A stretch of 64,000 bases of DNA from a bacterium (GCA_046331705.1 JAXLQJ010000039.1:1-64000), one strand, 5' to 3'. Shown: positions 49,574-59,004, counted from the first letter of the stretch. Notes: generated from the sequence alone by a model not told the origin. Numbers and translations: made by a program.

Positions 49574-50829
49574 GCCCGTCCCCGTCGCCCGCCAAAGCGC
49601 TGTTCTTGCCGTACGACGTGCTGTCGTCGGTGACGCGTCAGCTCGAGCTCGCTCAGGAGTTGCGCAGCCGCCGCTACGAGGTGCTCTTCGCCGGCGAGGG
49701 GCCGTTCCTCGATCTCGTCGTCGAGGCCGGCTTTCCCGTCGAGCCGCTGCCGAACCTGCGCGCCGAGCGTTTGCTCAAGCACCTGCGCCTCTTGCGCGAG
49801 AGCTTGAGCGGATTCGGCCGCGTGGCGGCGGGCATCTGGCGCGAGCTCGACCTGGCGCAATACCTCGATCGCGAGCTCGAGCTCGTGCGTCGGTTTCGCC
49901 CGCACGTGGTGCTCAGCGAGGAGCGCCCCACCGCGCAGCTCTCGGCCCACATCGAGGGGATCGCGCACGTCTCGCTCCGCAACGCGTACCGCACGGCCTA
50001 CTCGTCGCTGCCGATGCTGGATCTCTCGGGAAGCTTCCTGCGGCGGCTCCACCCCGATCCCGTGGTGGTGCAGAACGAGATCATCCGCTGGCTGGGAGCG
50101 CCGTTCTTCTGGCGACTGCGCTCGATCGCGCGCAGCCGTGGGCTCCCCCAACCGCTGCGTTACGCCGATTACGTCGAGGGGGACGATCTCTCGTTGCTGT
50201 GCGACGTGCCCGAGTTCTCGCCCACGCGGGTGCTGCCGGAGCGGTACGCGGTGATCGGCCCGCTCTTCTGGGACCCGCTCTGGCCCGACCCGCCGTGGCT
50301 CGACGACCTCCCGCCCGATCGCTCCACGGTCTACGTGTCGCTGGGATCCAGCGGCACACCCGCGCTCTTTCGAGCGCTCGCCGACGCATTGCGCGCCGAG
50401 GGCGCGACGCTGGCGATCGCCACCGGCCGGCAGATCGCATCCGACGAGCTTCCCCGCGGCGCGGGGGTGTGGACGGCGGAGCTGGTGCGCGCCACGCGGG
50501 TGCTCGAGCGCGTGGGCTTGTGTGTGTGTCACGGCGGCAATGGCACGGTCTATCAAGCGCTCTCGCGCGGCGTGCCGTTGATCTGTGTGCCGACCCACCT
50601 CGAGCAGCGCTTCAACGCGCGGCGCGTCACCGAGCTGGGGCTCGGGCTGGACTTGGGACTCGATCAGCTCCTCGCCGATCCGACCGTGCTGGCGGCGGCG
50701 GTGTGCACGATCCGCGGTGATGCCGGGTTTCGCGAGCGCGCGGCGGCGTGGCAGCGGCGGATCGCCGAGCTCGACGCGCCGGCGGCGGCCGCCGACGCGA
50801 TCGGCGCCTTACTCGCCGCCCGACGCTGA
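49570..50829 (+). CDS. GT1-family glycosyltransferase (phenolic-glycolipid rhamnosyltransferase-like)
   Basis: LLCDVPEFSP...IGPLFW.P..P.WL..L..DR..VYVSLGSSG, CHGGNGTVYQALSRGVP, EQRFNA; GTGA overlap with the MBL gene. Confidence 0.85.
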   Translation: MSPSPSPAKALFLPYDVLSSVTRQLELAQELRSRRYEVLFAGEGPFLDLVVEAGFPVEPLPNLRAERLLKHLRLLRESLSGFGRVAAGIWRELDLAQYLDRELELVRRFRPHVVLSEERPTAQLSAHIEGIAHVSLRNAYRTAYSSLPMLDLSGSFLRRLHPDPVVVQNEIIRWLGAPFFWRLRSIARSRGLPQPLRYADYVEGDDLSLLCDVPEFSPTRVLPERYAVIGPLFWDPLWPDPPWLDDLPPDRSTVYVSLGSSGTPALFRALADALRAEGATLAIATGRQIASDELPRGAGVWTAELVRATRVLERVGLCVCHGGNGTVYQALSRGVPLICVPTHLEQRFNARRVTELGLGLDLGLDQLLADPTVLAAAVCTIRGDAGFRERAAAWQRRIAELDAPAAAADAIGALLAARR

Positions 50830-51918
50830 CGCGGCGACCGTGCGGCCGGTGGCGCGGTAGAGCTTGCAGCAGCGCGCGCAGCCGGGGTACGAGCCGCCGG
50901 CGCGATCGAGCGCCGTGCGCAGCTTGCGCATGTCCGGCGCGTTCCAGAGCGCCGCGAGCGAGGCGGTGCGCACGTTGCCGACGCGGCGCTGGATGAACTG
51001 ACAGAACACCACGTCGCCGTTCGCCAGCACGCGCACGTCCGTCCACGGGTAATGGCAGCGGGCACGGATGGTGGTGCTGCCGTCGCCGTACCAGCTCGCC
51101 AGCTCGGCGCGCGAGAGGTCCGGTTTCACCCAGACCGGGATGCCGTTCGCCGCCGGAAGCACCGCCGGCTCGGTGAAGCCGCGGGGCGGTGCGTCGGGCG
51201 CGGCGAGGCCGGGGTCGGGCTCGCCGGTATGGCGCGTCCATGCGGCGGCGTGACGCGCGCGCAGCGCCGGCGTGAAGAGGGTGGGGTGCTGAAAGGTGAC
51301 GCCGTCGAGGGCCAGACGGCGGGCCAGCGCCAGCGCGCCCTCGCCGTCGGCGTGCGGCAGCACGCAGTTGAGGAGCATGCGGGTGCCGTTGCGGTGGCGT
51401 GCCGCGTATTCGAGACCGGCGCGCTCGGCTTCGCCCGTGTCGGTGCCCGCGTCGAGCGAATGCGGCGAGATCAGCAGGAAGCTCGGCTTCGCCTCCAGCA
51501 AGCGGCGGCCACGCTCTCCGGCGAGTAGCAGCCCGTTGGTGTTGAGGCCGACGCGCACGCCGCGCGCCCGTGCGTGGGCGACGAGCTCCGGCAGGTCGGC
51601 GCGAATCAGCGGCTCGCCGCCGGTGAGGTAGAGTCCTGCGCCGAGCCGCGCCGCTTCCTCGACGATCGCGAGGGCCTCGCCGGTGGCGAGCTCGTCGCCG
51701 CCGCCGTTGAGCGCGTCGGGCTGCAGGAAGCAGAACGCACAGTCGAGGTTGCAGCGATTGGTGATCTCCCACGTGATGGCGAGCGGCCGCGCCGCGAGGC
51801 CGCGACCGAAGCGATGCTCGAACGGCAACGTGAGCGCGCGCGCCACGGCGCGCGGCAGCGGAACGCTGCCCACGGTGGCGAGATGCGCGAGCTTCGAGAC
51901 GAGCGTGCTCACGAGCAT
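50809..51918 (-). CDS. radical SAM / SPASM-Twitch domain protein
   Basis: EITNRCNLDCAFC, TGGEPL, NTNG, CHYPW....NGDVVFC, GNV...W, CARCC. Confidence 0.9.
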   Translation of the reverse strand: MLVSTLVSKLAHLATVGSVPLPRAVARALTLPFEHRFGRGLAARPLAITWEITNRCNLDCAFCFLQPDALNGGGDELATGEALAIVEEAARLGAGLYLTGGEPLIRADLPELVAHARARGVRVGLNTNGLLLAGERGRRLLEAKPSFLLISPHSLDAGTDTGEAERAGLEYAARHRNGTRMLLNCVLPHADGEGALALARRLALDGVTFQHPTLFTPALRARHAAAWTRHTGEPDPGLAAPDAPPRGFTEPAVLPAANGIPVWVKPDLSRAELASWYGDGSTTIRARCHYPWTDVRVLANGDVVFCQFIQRRVGNVRTASLAALWNAPDMRKLRTALDRAGGSYPGCARCCKLYRATGRTVAASASGGE

Positions 51919-51960
51919 CGAGAGGCGGCCACCCGCGCGATCGGGGCGGCCCGGCACCAC

Positions 51961-54102
51961 ATGGACGTGACGCGCGTGACGCGAGGGGGAAAGGTCGCGC
52001 GAGTCTACCACGCTGCCCTCGCGTGCCTGCTCGCGCTGGCGGCGATCGCGGGTTGCCTCGCGGGTGGGCGGCGGGGCGCGCCGCCGCTTCGGATCGCGTC
52101 GTGGCGGCTCGGCGCGGACGCGGCGAGCGAGGCGCAGGCCGAGCGGGTGGCGGCGGTCGACCCCGCGCGCGGCGTGATTCGCGATCCCGATGCGATCCTC
52201 GCGCGCGACGATCGGTGGGCGGTGCTCGAGGCTCCCGCGCGCTCCGAAGGCCCGGATCCGTGGGCGTCGGCGCCGCAGCTGGTGGTCGACTTCGGTCGCG
52301 AGGTGGTGCGCCAGGCGGCGCTTCGCATTCGGCCCGGCTCGGTGGGGCGCATCGAGGTCGCGCTCGGCGAGTCGCGTGGTGAGCTGGACTCGACTCGCGA
52401 CGGCGAGGAGTTCCCGCGCCGATTCGAGCTGGATGCGGCGGACGGCGAGTGGTGGTCCGCGCCGGTGACGGGCTTTCGCTTCGCGCGGGTGCGGGTGCGG
52501 CGCAGCGACGAACGGCCCGCGCGGGTCGAGATCGACGTGCTGCGCGGCACGGGCGGTGGTCAGGCGGCGCTCGCGGCGCCGCCGGCGGGCGAGTTCACGT
52601 GCTCCGACTCGGGCCTCGACCGTTCCTGGCAGGCGGGCGCCGAGACGGCGCGGCTCTGCCTCTCGGCGGACGCCGAGCCGCTGCTCCTGGACGGCGCCAA
52701 GCGCGACCGCGCGGTGTGGTCGGCCGACGTGGCGATCGCCGCGCGCGCTCTCTATGCCTCGAGCGACGACGTGACGCCGGTGGCGCGCTCGCTCGAGCGG
52801 CTCGCCGAGCTGCGCGGCGACGAGCCGTCGAGCGCGCAGCCGGTGGCCGCCACCGACCACCGCGGCGGGCGATTGGAGCTGGTCGAGTACGGCGGCTGGT
52901 GGCTGATCGCGGTGCGCGATTACTGGCGCGAGACCGGCGACGACGACTTCGTGCGGCGGCTCTTCGCCAAGATCGCCGCTCAGGCCGCGTGGACGCTGGG
53001 GCGCGTGGAGGCCGACGGCTTCGTCCACAAGCGCGCCGACGAGCTCGAGTGGTGCTACTCGTTGCACCGCGTCGGGGCGCTGGCGTACGTGAACGCGGTG
53101 CTGAGCGACGGGCTCGCCGCCGCCGCCGAGCTCGGACGCGCGGTGGGCGAGAGGGAGTGCGCGGCGGAGTGGGAGCTTGCCGCGATCCGGATGCGCGGCG
53201 CGGTGCTGGCGCGGCTGTGGGATCCGGTGGGTGGCCGCTTCGCCACCTCGACCGACGACGACGGACGATTCTCCCTGGACGCCAACGTGCTGCCGCTCTG
53301 GCTCGATTGGCTGCCCGAGGACGATGGCGACCGTGTGCTCGCCGCGATCGAGCGCAGGCTCTGGCTCCCGTGGGGGCCGGTCAACGTCGATCGCCCGCAT
53401 GCGCGCGCCGACGGCCCCGAGCACGACGGCCGGGTATGGCCGTTTCTCGCGTATTTCGAGGCGGACGCGCGGCTTCGCCCCGGCCGCGACTCCGCCGCCG
53501 GCTTCGAGCTGCTGCGCCGCACCTGGGGCCACATGCTCGCTCACGAGCCGGGCAACACGTTCTGGGAGTGGATCGGGCCGGACGGCAATCCCGAGATCGC
53601 GCGCGCCAGCCTGGCGCACGCGTGGTCCGCGGGCGTGACCACGGTGCTCAGCGAGCGGGTCCTCGGCATCCGCGCGGTGGCGCCGCGCACGTTCGAGGTG
53701 GCGCCGGTGGTCGGTTCGCTCACCCAAGGCGCGGGCGTGCGGCCAACGACGTGGGGACCGATTCGCGCGAGCTTCCGCCACGAGCCGCGGACCGGTCGTC
53801 TGGATCTGGTCGTCGAGATGCCCGCCGCGACGAGCGTCTCGCGGTTCCTCTTGCCGGCCCGGGAAGGATCGCGGGTGCGCCTCGGTGGACGCGAGCTGGG
53901 CGTGGCCACGGAAACCAGCCGGGCCGTCGAGTTGCCCGTGGTCGTCGAGCGCAAGCGCGGCTACGTCGTGGTCGAAGCCCCGCCGTCGCTCGAGTACCGC
54001 TTCGAGGTGCGCGCGGCGGCGGGCGCCCCGCCGGCCAGGCCCGATCCCGCATCCGCGCCCGAGCTCGAGGCGCGACGAAACGCGCGACGACAACTAGGTT
54101 GA
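51961..54102 (+). CDS. alpha-L-rhamnosidase-like (GH78, six-hairpin) lipoprotein
   Basis: Lipobox-like LAAIAG-C; VVDFGRE, GFRF, GEFTCSD..L...W, DGAKRDR.VW..D, TFWE, SLAHAWSAG, PT.WGPI. Confidence 0.87.
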   Translation: MDVTRVTRGGKVARVYHAALACLLALAAIAGCLAGGRRGAPPLRIASWRLGADAASEAQAERVAAVDPARGVIRDPDAILARDDRWAVLEAPARSEGPDPWASAPQLVVDFGREVVRQAALRIRPGSVGRIEVALGESRGELDSTRDGEEFPRRFELDAADGEWWSAPVTGFRFARVRVRRSDERPARVEIDVLRGTGGGQAALAAPPAGEFTCSDSGLDRSWQAGAETARLCLSADAEPLLLDGAKRDRAVWSADVAIAARALYASSDDVTPVARSLERLAELRGDEPSSAQPVAATDHRGGRLELVEYGGWWLIAVRDYWRETGDDDFVRRLFAKIAAQAAWTLGRVEADGFVHKRADELEWCYSLHRVGALAYVNAVLSDGLAAAAELGRAVGERECAAEWELAAIRMRGAVLARLWDPVGGRFATSTDDDGRFSLDANVLPLWLDWLPEDDGDRVLAAIERRLWLPWGPVNVDRPHARADGPEHDGRVWPFLAYFEADARLRPGRDSAAGFELLRRTWGHMLAHEPGNTFWEWIGPDGNPEIARASLAHAWSAGVTTVLSERVLGIRAVAPRTFEVAPVVGSLTQGAGVRPTTWGPIRASFRHEPRTGRLDLVVEMPAATSVSRFLLPAREGSRVRLGGRELGVATETSRAVELPVVVERKRGYVVVEAPPSLEYRFEVRAAAGAPPARPDPASAPELEARRNARRQLG

Positions 54103-54137
54103 GCGTCTCCCCGTCGCACGCCGCGAACGATTGGCCG

Positions 54138-55517
54138 ATGCCGAAGCCGAAGATCCGCCGGGTGTTGCTGCTCAACCCGCCCGGTGCGCGGCGTTATCTG
54201 CGCGACGTCTACTGCAGTCACAGCTCGAAGGGGACGTACCTCTATCACCCGCTCGATCTCGTGGCGCAGGCGGCGATGCTGGGGCCGCGCTTCGAGCTCT
54301 TCTTCCTGGACGCGATCGCCGAGCGCCTCGGCGTCGAGGAAGCGCGCGATCGAATCCTGGCCGTGGCGCCGGATGCGATCGTGTTCCTGTCGGGCGCGGT
54401 GTCGTACGCCGAGGACGTGGCGTTCCTTGCCGACCTCAAGCGCCGCGATCCGGCGCTCACGCTGGTGGGCATGGGCGACGTGTTCCTGTGGGAGGCCGAG
54501 CGCTTCCTGGCCACCCATCCGTGGATCGATGCCGCGCTGCCGGATTTCGTGAGCGCCGCGCTGGCGCCGGCGCTCCTCGAGGGCACGGCGCGTGGCGTGA
54601 TCGGCACGGATCCTTTCGCCCGCGGCGCCGGCAAGTCGTTCGCGTACGGGGCTCCGCCGTACGATCTCTTGCCGATGGACGCCTACCGATTGCCGTTCGG
54701 CAAGCCCGAGCGATTCGGTTCGTTGCTCACGAGCTTCGGGTGCCCGTTTCACTGCACGTACTGCAACACGGCGGAGATGCCGTACCGTCTCCGCGACCTC
54801 GACGGCGTCTTCGAGGAGCTCGCGTATCTGCGTGCGCGCGGGGTGCGGAAGATCTACGTCCGCGATCCCACGTTCGCGCTCAACCCCCGCTACACGAAGG
54901 CCTTGCTCGATCGCTTGATCGACGAGCGCTGGGACATCGCGTGGAATTGCTTCCTGCGCGCCGACCGCGTCGATGCGCCGCTGCTGGCGCGAATGAAGCA
55001 GGCGGGCTGCTACCTGGTGATGTTCGGCATCGAGACCGCGAGCGACGAGCTCAACGCACGCTCGCGCAAGGACATCACGGTGGCGGAGATTCGCGCCGGC
55101 GTCGCGGCGGCCAAGGCCGCTGGCCTCGAGGTGCTCGGGACGTTCGTCCTCGGCATGCCGGGCGAGACGCGGCGCACCGCCGAGGAGACCATCGATCTCG
55201 CCACCGAGCTCGACCTCGACTACGCGTCGTTCAACGTCGCCACGCCGCGCATCGGCTCCCAGCTGCGCGATCAGCTGGCCCTCGGCAGCGTGCTGGACTC
55301 CGGCGCCGAGGGAATGGACGGGTCGAACCAGATCCCGCGGCTGGGCGACGAGGTGCTCACGCCCGAGCAGGTGTGGCGTCTTCGCAATCGCGCGGTGTGG
55401 AGCTTCTACGGCCGGCCGAGCTACCTCGCCCGGCGTGCCCGCGAGGCGCTGCGCGACGGCGGCCTCGTGATCGGCGCCCGCAACGCCTTGAGCCTGTTCG
55501 GCTCGGCGTTGCGCTGA
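54138..55517 (+). CDS. B12-binding radical SAM protein
   Basis: VLLLNPP, RDVYCSHSSKG.Y..PLDL, TSFGCPFHCTYC, DPTF, FGIET, GMPGET, FY.RPSY. Confidence 0.9.
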   Translation: MPKPKIRRVLLLNPPGARRYLRDVYCSHSSKGTYLYHPLDLVAQAAMLGPRFELFFLDAIAERLGVEEARDRILAVAPDAIVFLSGAVSYAEDVAFLADLKRRDPALTLVGMGDVFLWEAERFLATHPWIDAALPDFVSAALAPALLEGTARGVIGTDPFARGAGKSFAYGAPPYDLLPMDAYRLPFGKPERFGSLLTSFGCPFHCTYCNTAEMPYRLRDLDGVFEELAYLRARGVRKIYVRDPTFALNPRYTKALLDRLIDERWDIAWNCFLRADRVDAPLLARMKQAGCYLVMFGIETASDELNARSRKDITVAEIRAGVAAAKAAGLEVLGTFVLGMPGETRRTAEETIDLATELDLDYASFNVATPRIGSQLRDQLALGSVLDSGAEGMDGSNQIPRLGDEVLTPEQVWRLRNRAVWSFYGRPSYLARRAREALRDGGLVIGARNALSLFGSALR

Positions 55518-55549
55518 CGCGCGTGCGACCGGCACCGCGCCGGGCGGCA

Positions 55550-56047
55550 TCAGCCGAGAATGGCGAGCGCCGCGTCGATCGCGAGCTCGATGATCACCCA
55601 GCCGAGGTCGCCGGCGTCGACGGTGGGACGGGCGGACGCGATTCGCGCCACGCGCCTCGTGGTCGGGTGCAGTCGTCGCGTCGAGGGCGCGTCCGCTGCG
55701 TCGACGTTCGGCGCCGCGCCCGGCCGTAGCGGCAGCCGCGCGAGCTCGTCGCGATCGAACCACACGAGCTGACACCGCTTGCAGAGGTCGAGCTCGAGCG
55801 GACCCTCGCCGGCGATCGGCACGTCGGCGACGCGCATCTGGGCGCGGCAGGCGGGACATCCCCGAGCGTTCGTCGGCAGCGACGCCCGCCGCCAGATCTC
55901 GACGAGTGCCGCGCCTTCGTGCCTCGAGCGCAGACCCGCGAGGGTGACGGCGACGCCCTCGCAGCGTTCGCAGCGAAACGCGAGCACCCGCCCGGCGCGT
56001 CGCTCCGCCAGCGCGATGGCGCAGGCGGGGCAGTCGAGGGGCTTCAA
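55550..56047 (-). CDS. tandem zf-TFIIB-like zinc-ribbon protein
   Basis: CPAC..CERC..CPAC..LDLCKRCQLVWFDRDEL; TTG start. Confidence 0.8.
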   Translation of the reverse strand: MKPLDCPACAIALAERRAGRVLAFRCERCEGVAVTLAGLRSRHEGAALVEIWRRASLPTNARGCPACRAQMRVADVPIAGEGPLELDLCKRCQLVWFDRDELARLPLRPGAAPNVDAADAPSTRRLHPTTRRVARIASARPTVDAGDLGWVIIELAIDAALAILG

Positions 56048-56079
56048 GGGCGGCCTCCGCGGCTCGCGATCCGCGCTGC

Positions 56080-56595
56080 TCAGCCGACGAAGAAGTCCGC
56101 CAGCTTGCCGAGGAGCGCGGCCGTCTTCTCCATGCCTTCGGCGGTGGCCGCGCGCTGATTCTCGTCACGGATCCGGTCGGCCCACATCGACGCCAGCGCC
56201 TGCGCGTAGGCGGCCTTGGCCTCGGGAGGAAGCTGAGCGGGCGTCGCGCTCTCGGTCCGCGGGCGCGCCGGAATGCGGTCGAGATCCCCGGGGTCGAGCC
56301 AGGCGAGCTGACAGCGCGTGCAGACGTCGACGCTCAGCTCGCCGTCGGCGAGCTCGGCGCTCGCACGGGCGGCCGTCTGGTTGCACATCGCGCACGATCG
56401 ACCCGCAGCTGCTTGGGCGGCGCGCGCCGCTCCCCACAGATGGGAGACGATCACCGTGTCGCGCTCGCGGCGCAGCAGCGAGATCGGCACGGCCGAGCCG
56501 CCGCAACCCTCGCACCGCCAGACTCGACTCTCGTGTCGCCGCTCGACGCGAAGCGAAGTGCGGCAGCACGGGCAGCGCGCGGCGGTGGACTCCAT
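56080..56595 (-). CDS. tandem zf-TFIIB-like zinc-ribbon protein (paralog)
   Basis: CPCC..CEGC..CAMC..VDVCTRCQLAWLDPGDL; TGATG overlap with the upstream radical SAM gene. Confidence 0.82.
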   Translation of the reverse strand: MESTAARCPCCRTSLRVERRHESRVWRCEGCGGSAVPISLLRRERDTVIVSHLWGAARAAQAAAGRSCAMCNQTAARASAELADGELSVDVCTRCQLAWLDPGDLDRIPARPRTESATPAQLPPEAKAAYAQALASMWADRIRDENQRAATAEGMEKTAALLGKLADFFVG

Positions 56596-58436
56596 CACTC
56601 CCCGAGCGCCGTGGCGAACTGGACCCCCGCCGCGAGGTGGCTCTCGGCGGCGCCCGCCACCGGCGCGAGTCGCTTGGCGGCCCGTTCTTGATCGATGCGC
56701 ATCGCCTCGAAGGCGGGCATGTACTTGGCGTGGGAGACCTTGGGAGTGGTGGGGGAGACGGTCTGGCCGCGCTCGGCCATGAGCCGGAGCAGCTCGGCGG
56801 CGCGCTCGGGCGTGAGCACGGGATCCGCCTCGACACGGTGGTACTCGCGCAAGGCCAGCGTCCACGCGCCGCGAACGCCGCCACCCGCGCCGAAGACCGG
56901 ATGACGCGCGCCGGGGTTGGCGGCGGTCATGAGCGCCTCGAAGAACGTGGCGACGGCGCGGCCGGCGCGGCGCCACGCGGGCAGCTTCTTTCCGGTCGGT
57001 GGGCGCAGCGGGCGCAGCAAGAGCTGGGTTCCCACCCGCACGTAGCGCATGAGCTCGTCCCACGACTCGATGCGGGTGAGCATCCAGAACGCGTAGCGCG
57101 GGCGCCCGTAGAAGCGGAAATACGCGCGCCGCGCGAGCCGCTCGAGCTCGGGGCGCGTGAGCTCGGTCCAGGGAGTGGGCAAGAGGTGCTCGTCGAGCGT
57201 GCCGCGCATGTACTCGCGCCAGTAGTCGATGCCGGTGCCCTCGATCACGTACTTCTGCTCGAGCTCGGTGTGCGGCTTGATGATCGCGATCTGGTACTGG
57301 GCGTATGCGAGCGGCAGCGTGAGCGAGAAGTCGATGGTCTTCTTGGCGCTCGCCATCGTGTCGCCGGGGGCGCCGACGATGAAGAAGCCGAGGCCCATGA
57401 TGCCGGCCTCCTTCACGCACGCCAGCGTCCGCCGGATGTGGCTGGTGGCCTTCTGGCCCTTCTTCATCGCGGCCAGCACCTCGTCGTCGCCGGACTCGAC
57501 GCCGAAGAAGATGCGCCTGCAGCCGCCTTCGGCGAGCGTCTGGATCAGCTCCTCGTCGGGCTCGCGGTCGGTGCGGTGGAACGACAGCGAGTCGACCCGC
57601 GAGCGGCACGACCAGATGACGTCGAGGTTCCGGCGCTTCACCTCGCGGGCGAACTCGAGCACGCGATCGCGGTCGTGGAGCATGAGCGGATCGAACCAGT
57701 CGATCTCGTGGATGCCCAGCGCGATGCAGTCCTCGACCTCGGCGATGAGCTGCTCGGGCGTGCGCGCATCGAATCCCGAGTTCCGCATGCAGCAGAAGGA
57801 GCACGGATATGGGCAGCCGATCTCCGACATGCCGATGGTGAAGTTCTTTCGTTGCGAGACGTGCGAGAAATAGAGGTGATTCGGGTAGATCGAACGATCC
57901 GGGATGGGGAACTCGGAGAACGGGACCTTGCGACCCGGATGCGTGCGCGTGAGCTCGCCGCGCTCGCGGTAGACCAAGTCGGCGACCTTGTCGTAGCCGT
58001 CACCACGCTCGAACGCGGGCAGGAACTCGGGCAGGAAGCTGATCGACTCGCCGGCGCACAGGAAGTCGTAGCAGCCGTGCGACATGATCTCTTCGGGATA
58101 GACCTTGGCTTCGTATCCGCCCGTGAGCGTGGGCAGGCCGGTGACTTCCTTGAAGCGCTTCGCCCACCGCACGGCGAAGCGAAAGGTCTGTGCCGCGTGC
58201 GAGGAGAACGCCACCAGGTCCGGGTTCCATTCCTGGACCTGCTTCATCACCTCTTCGACGCCCCAGCGGCGCGCCAAGCCGTCGAAGAGCTTCACCTCCC
58301 AGCCGCATTGGTTCGCGACCCGGGCGGCCCAGCCGAATCCGAGATGCGGGAACAACCCGAACTCGTCGTCCACGCTGGGCAGATTCTCGTTGAAGATCTG
58401 CGTGTGGAACGTGGGATAGACGAACGCCAGACGCAT
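56595..58436 (-). CDS. B12-binding radical SAM protein with C-terminal extension
   Basis: FVYP, PHLG, TGG, GES, IGCPYPCSFC, FGVESG, GAPGDT, FYGRPRY; AGGAG RBS. Confidence 0.92.
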   Translation of the reverse strand: MRLAFVYPTFHTQIFNENLPSVDDEFGLFPHLGFGWAARVANQCGWEVKLFDGLARRWGVEEVMKQVQEWNPDLVAFSSHAAQTFRFAVRWAKRFKEVTGLPTLTGGYEAKVYPEEIMSHGCYDFLCAGESISFLPEFLPAFERGDGYDKVADLVYRERGELTRTHPGRKVPFSEFPIPDRSIYPNHLYFSHVSQRKNFTIGMSEIGCPYPCSFCCMRNSGFDARTPEQLIAEVEDCIALGIHEIDWFDPLMLHDRDRVLEFAREVKRRNLDVIWSCRSRVDSLSFHRTDREPDEELIQTLAEGGCRRIFFGVESGDDEVLAAMKKGQKATSHIRRTLACVKEAGIMGLGFFIVGAPGDTMASAKKTIDFSLTLPLAYAQYQIAIIKPHTELEQKYVIEGTGIDYWREYMRGTLDEHLLPTPWTELTRPELERLARRAYFRFYGRPRYAFWMLTRIESWDELMRYVRVGTQLLLRPLRPPTGKKLPAWRRAGRAVATFFEALMTAANPGARHPVFGAGGGVRGAWTLALREYHRVEADPVLTPERAAELLRLMAERGQTVSPTTPKVSHAKYMPAFEAMRIDQERAAKRLAPVAGAAESHLAAGVQFATALGE

Positions 58437-58458
58437 GACGGAACGCTCTCCTGAGGGG

Positions 58459-58489
58459 GCTGACGCGACGCAAGCTCGTCGCGTTCAGC
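58459..58489 (-). promoter_or_regulatory. strong hairpin just upstream of the RBS of the 56595-58436 gene
   Basis: GCTGA-CGCGACG-caagct-CGTCGCG-T-TCAGC; no U-tract. Confidence 0.55.
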
Positions 58490-58729
58490 GCTCCGCGCCG
58501 CGCGAAGGATCCGAGCGGGAGGCGCGGCTGCGCCGAGCCCGATCGCTCGCGGGAATGACCACGTGGACAGGCGACCGTTCGAGCGGGGTGATGGAAGCGA
58601 TCCGACCGCGAGGTGGACGTCCCACCGGGGTGTGTCGGGGCTGCCTATCGGGTTCCTGAATCACTCGACCGTCGCGCTGGGTTTCGCACGCTCGAGGTCC
58701 GCGCGGGGGACGTGCGCGCACCCGAGCGC

Positions 58730-58759
58730 ACGGTACCACGCGATTTTCGAGAGGGTCAA
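58730..58759 (-). promoter_or_regulatory. putative sigma70 promoter (TTGACC-18 nt-TACCGT, extended TG)
   Basis: Reverse complement of GGTCAA (58754-58759) and ACGGTA (58730-58735). Confidence 0.55.
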
Positions 58760-58783
58760 ACCAACGAAGACACCAACGAAGAC
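58760..58783. repeat. perfect 12-bp tandem direct repeat ACCAACGAAGAC x2 abutting the -35 element
   Basis: Read directly from the sequence. Confidence 0.9.
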
Positions 58784-58927
58784 ATCGGACCGTCGCCCTG
58801 TCGCGCGTGCCGCCGACATGCCGGAACGACCACGTTGCGCGTGCTCCGCGTCCTTCCGTCGCCGCGCGGCTGGGCTCGCGAGCGAGGCTCGCACCCGCGG
58901 CGCGCCAGCGCGCGGGGGCCGAATTCC

Positions 58928-58957
58928 TTGACGGCGCGAGAGGTGGGTTCGTACGTT
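58928..58957 (+). promoter_or_regulatory. putative sigma70 promoter for the rSAM-rSAM-GT4-GT4 operon
   Basis: TTGACG-18 nt-TACGTT. Confidence 0.5.
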
Positions 58958-59004
58958 AGCCGGCGTTCTCACCCCCCACGAGAACCCGTCAGCCCATCGC
59001 CACG

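Noticed and set aside
58437-59004. Cobalamin/SAM riboswitch or RiPP precursor peptide in the rSAM intergenic region
   Set aside because: No B12-box or SAM-I core recognised; the short ORFs lack an RBS, coding bias or leader/core pattern, and no RRE or peptidase-transporter is nearby
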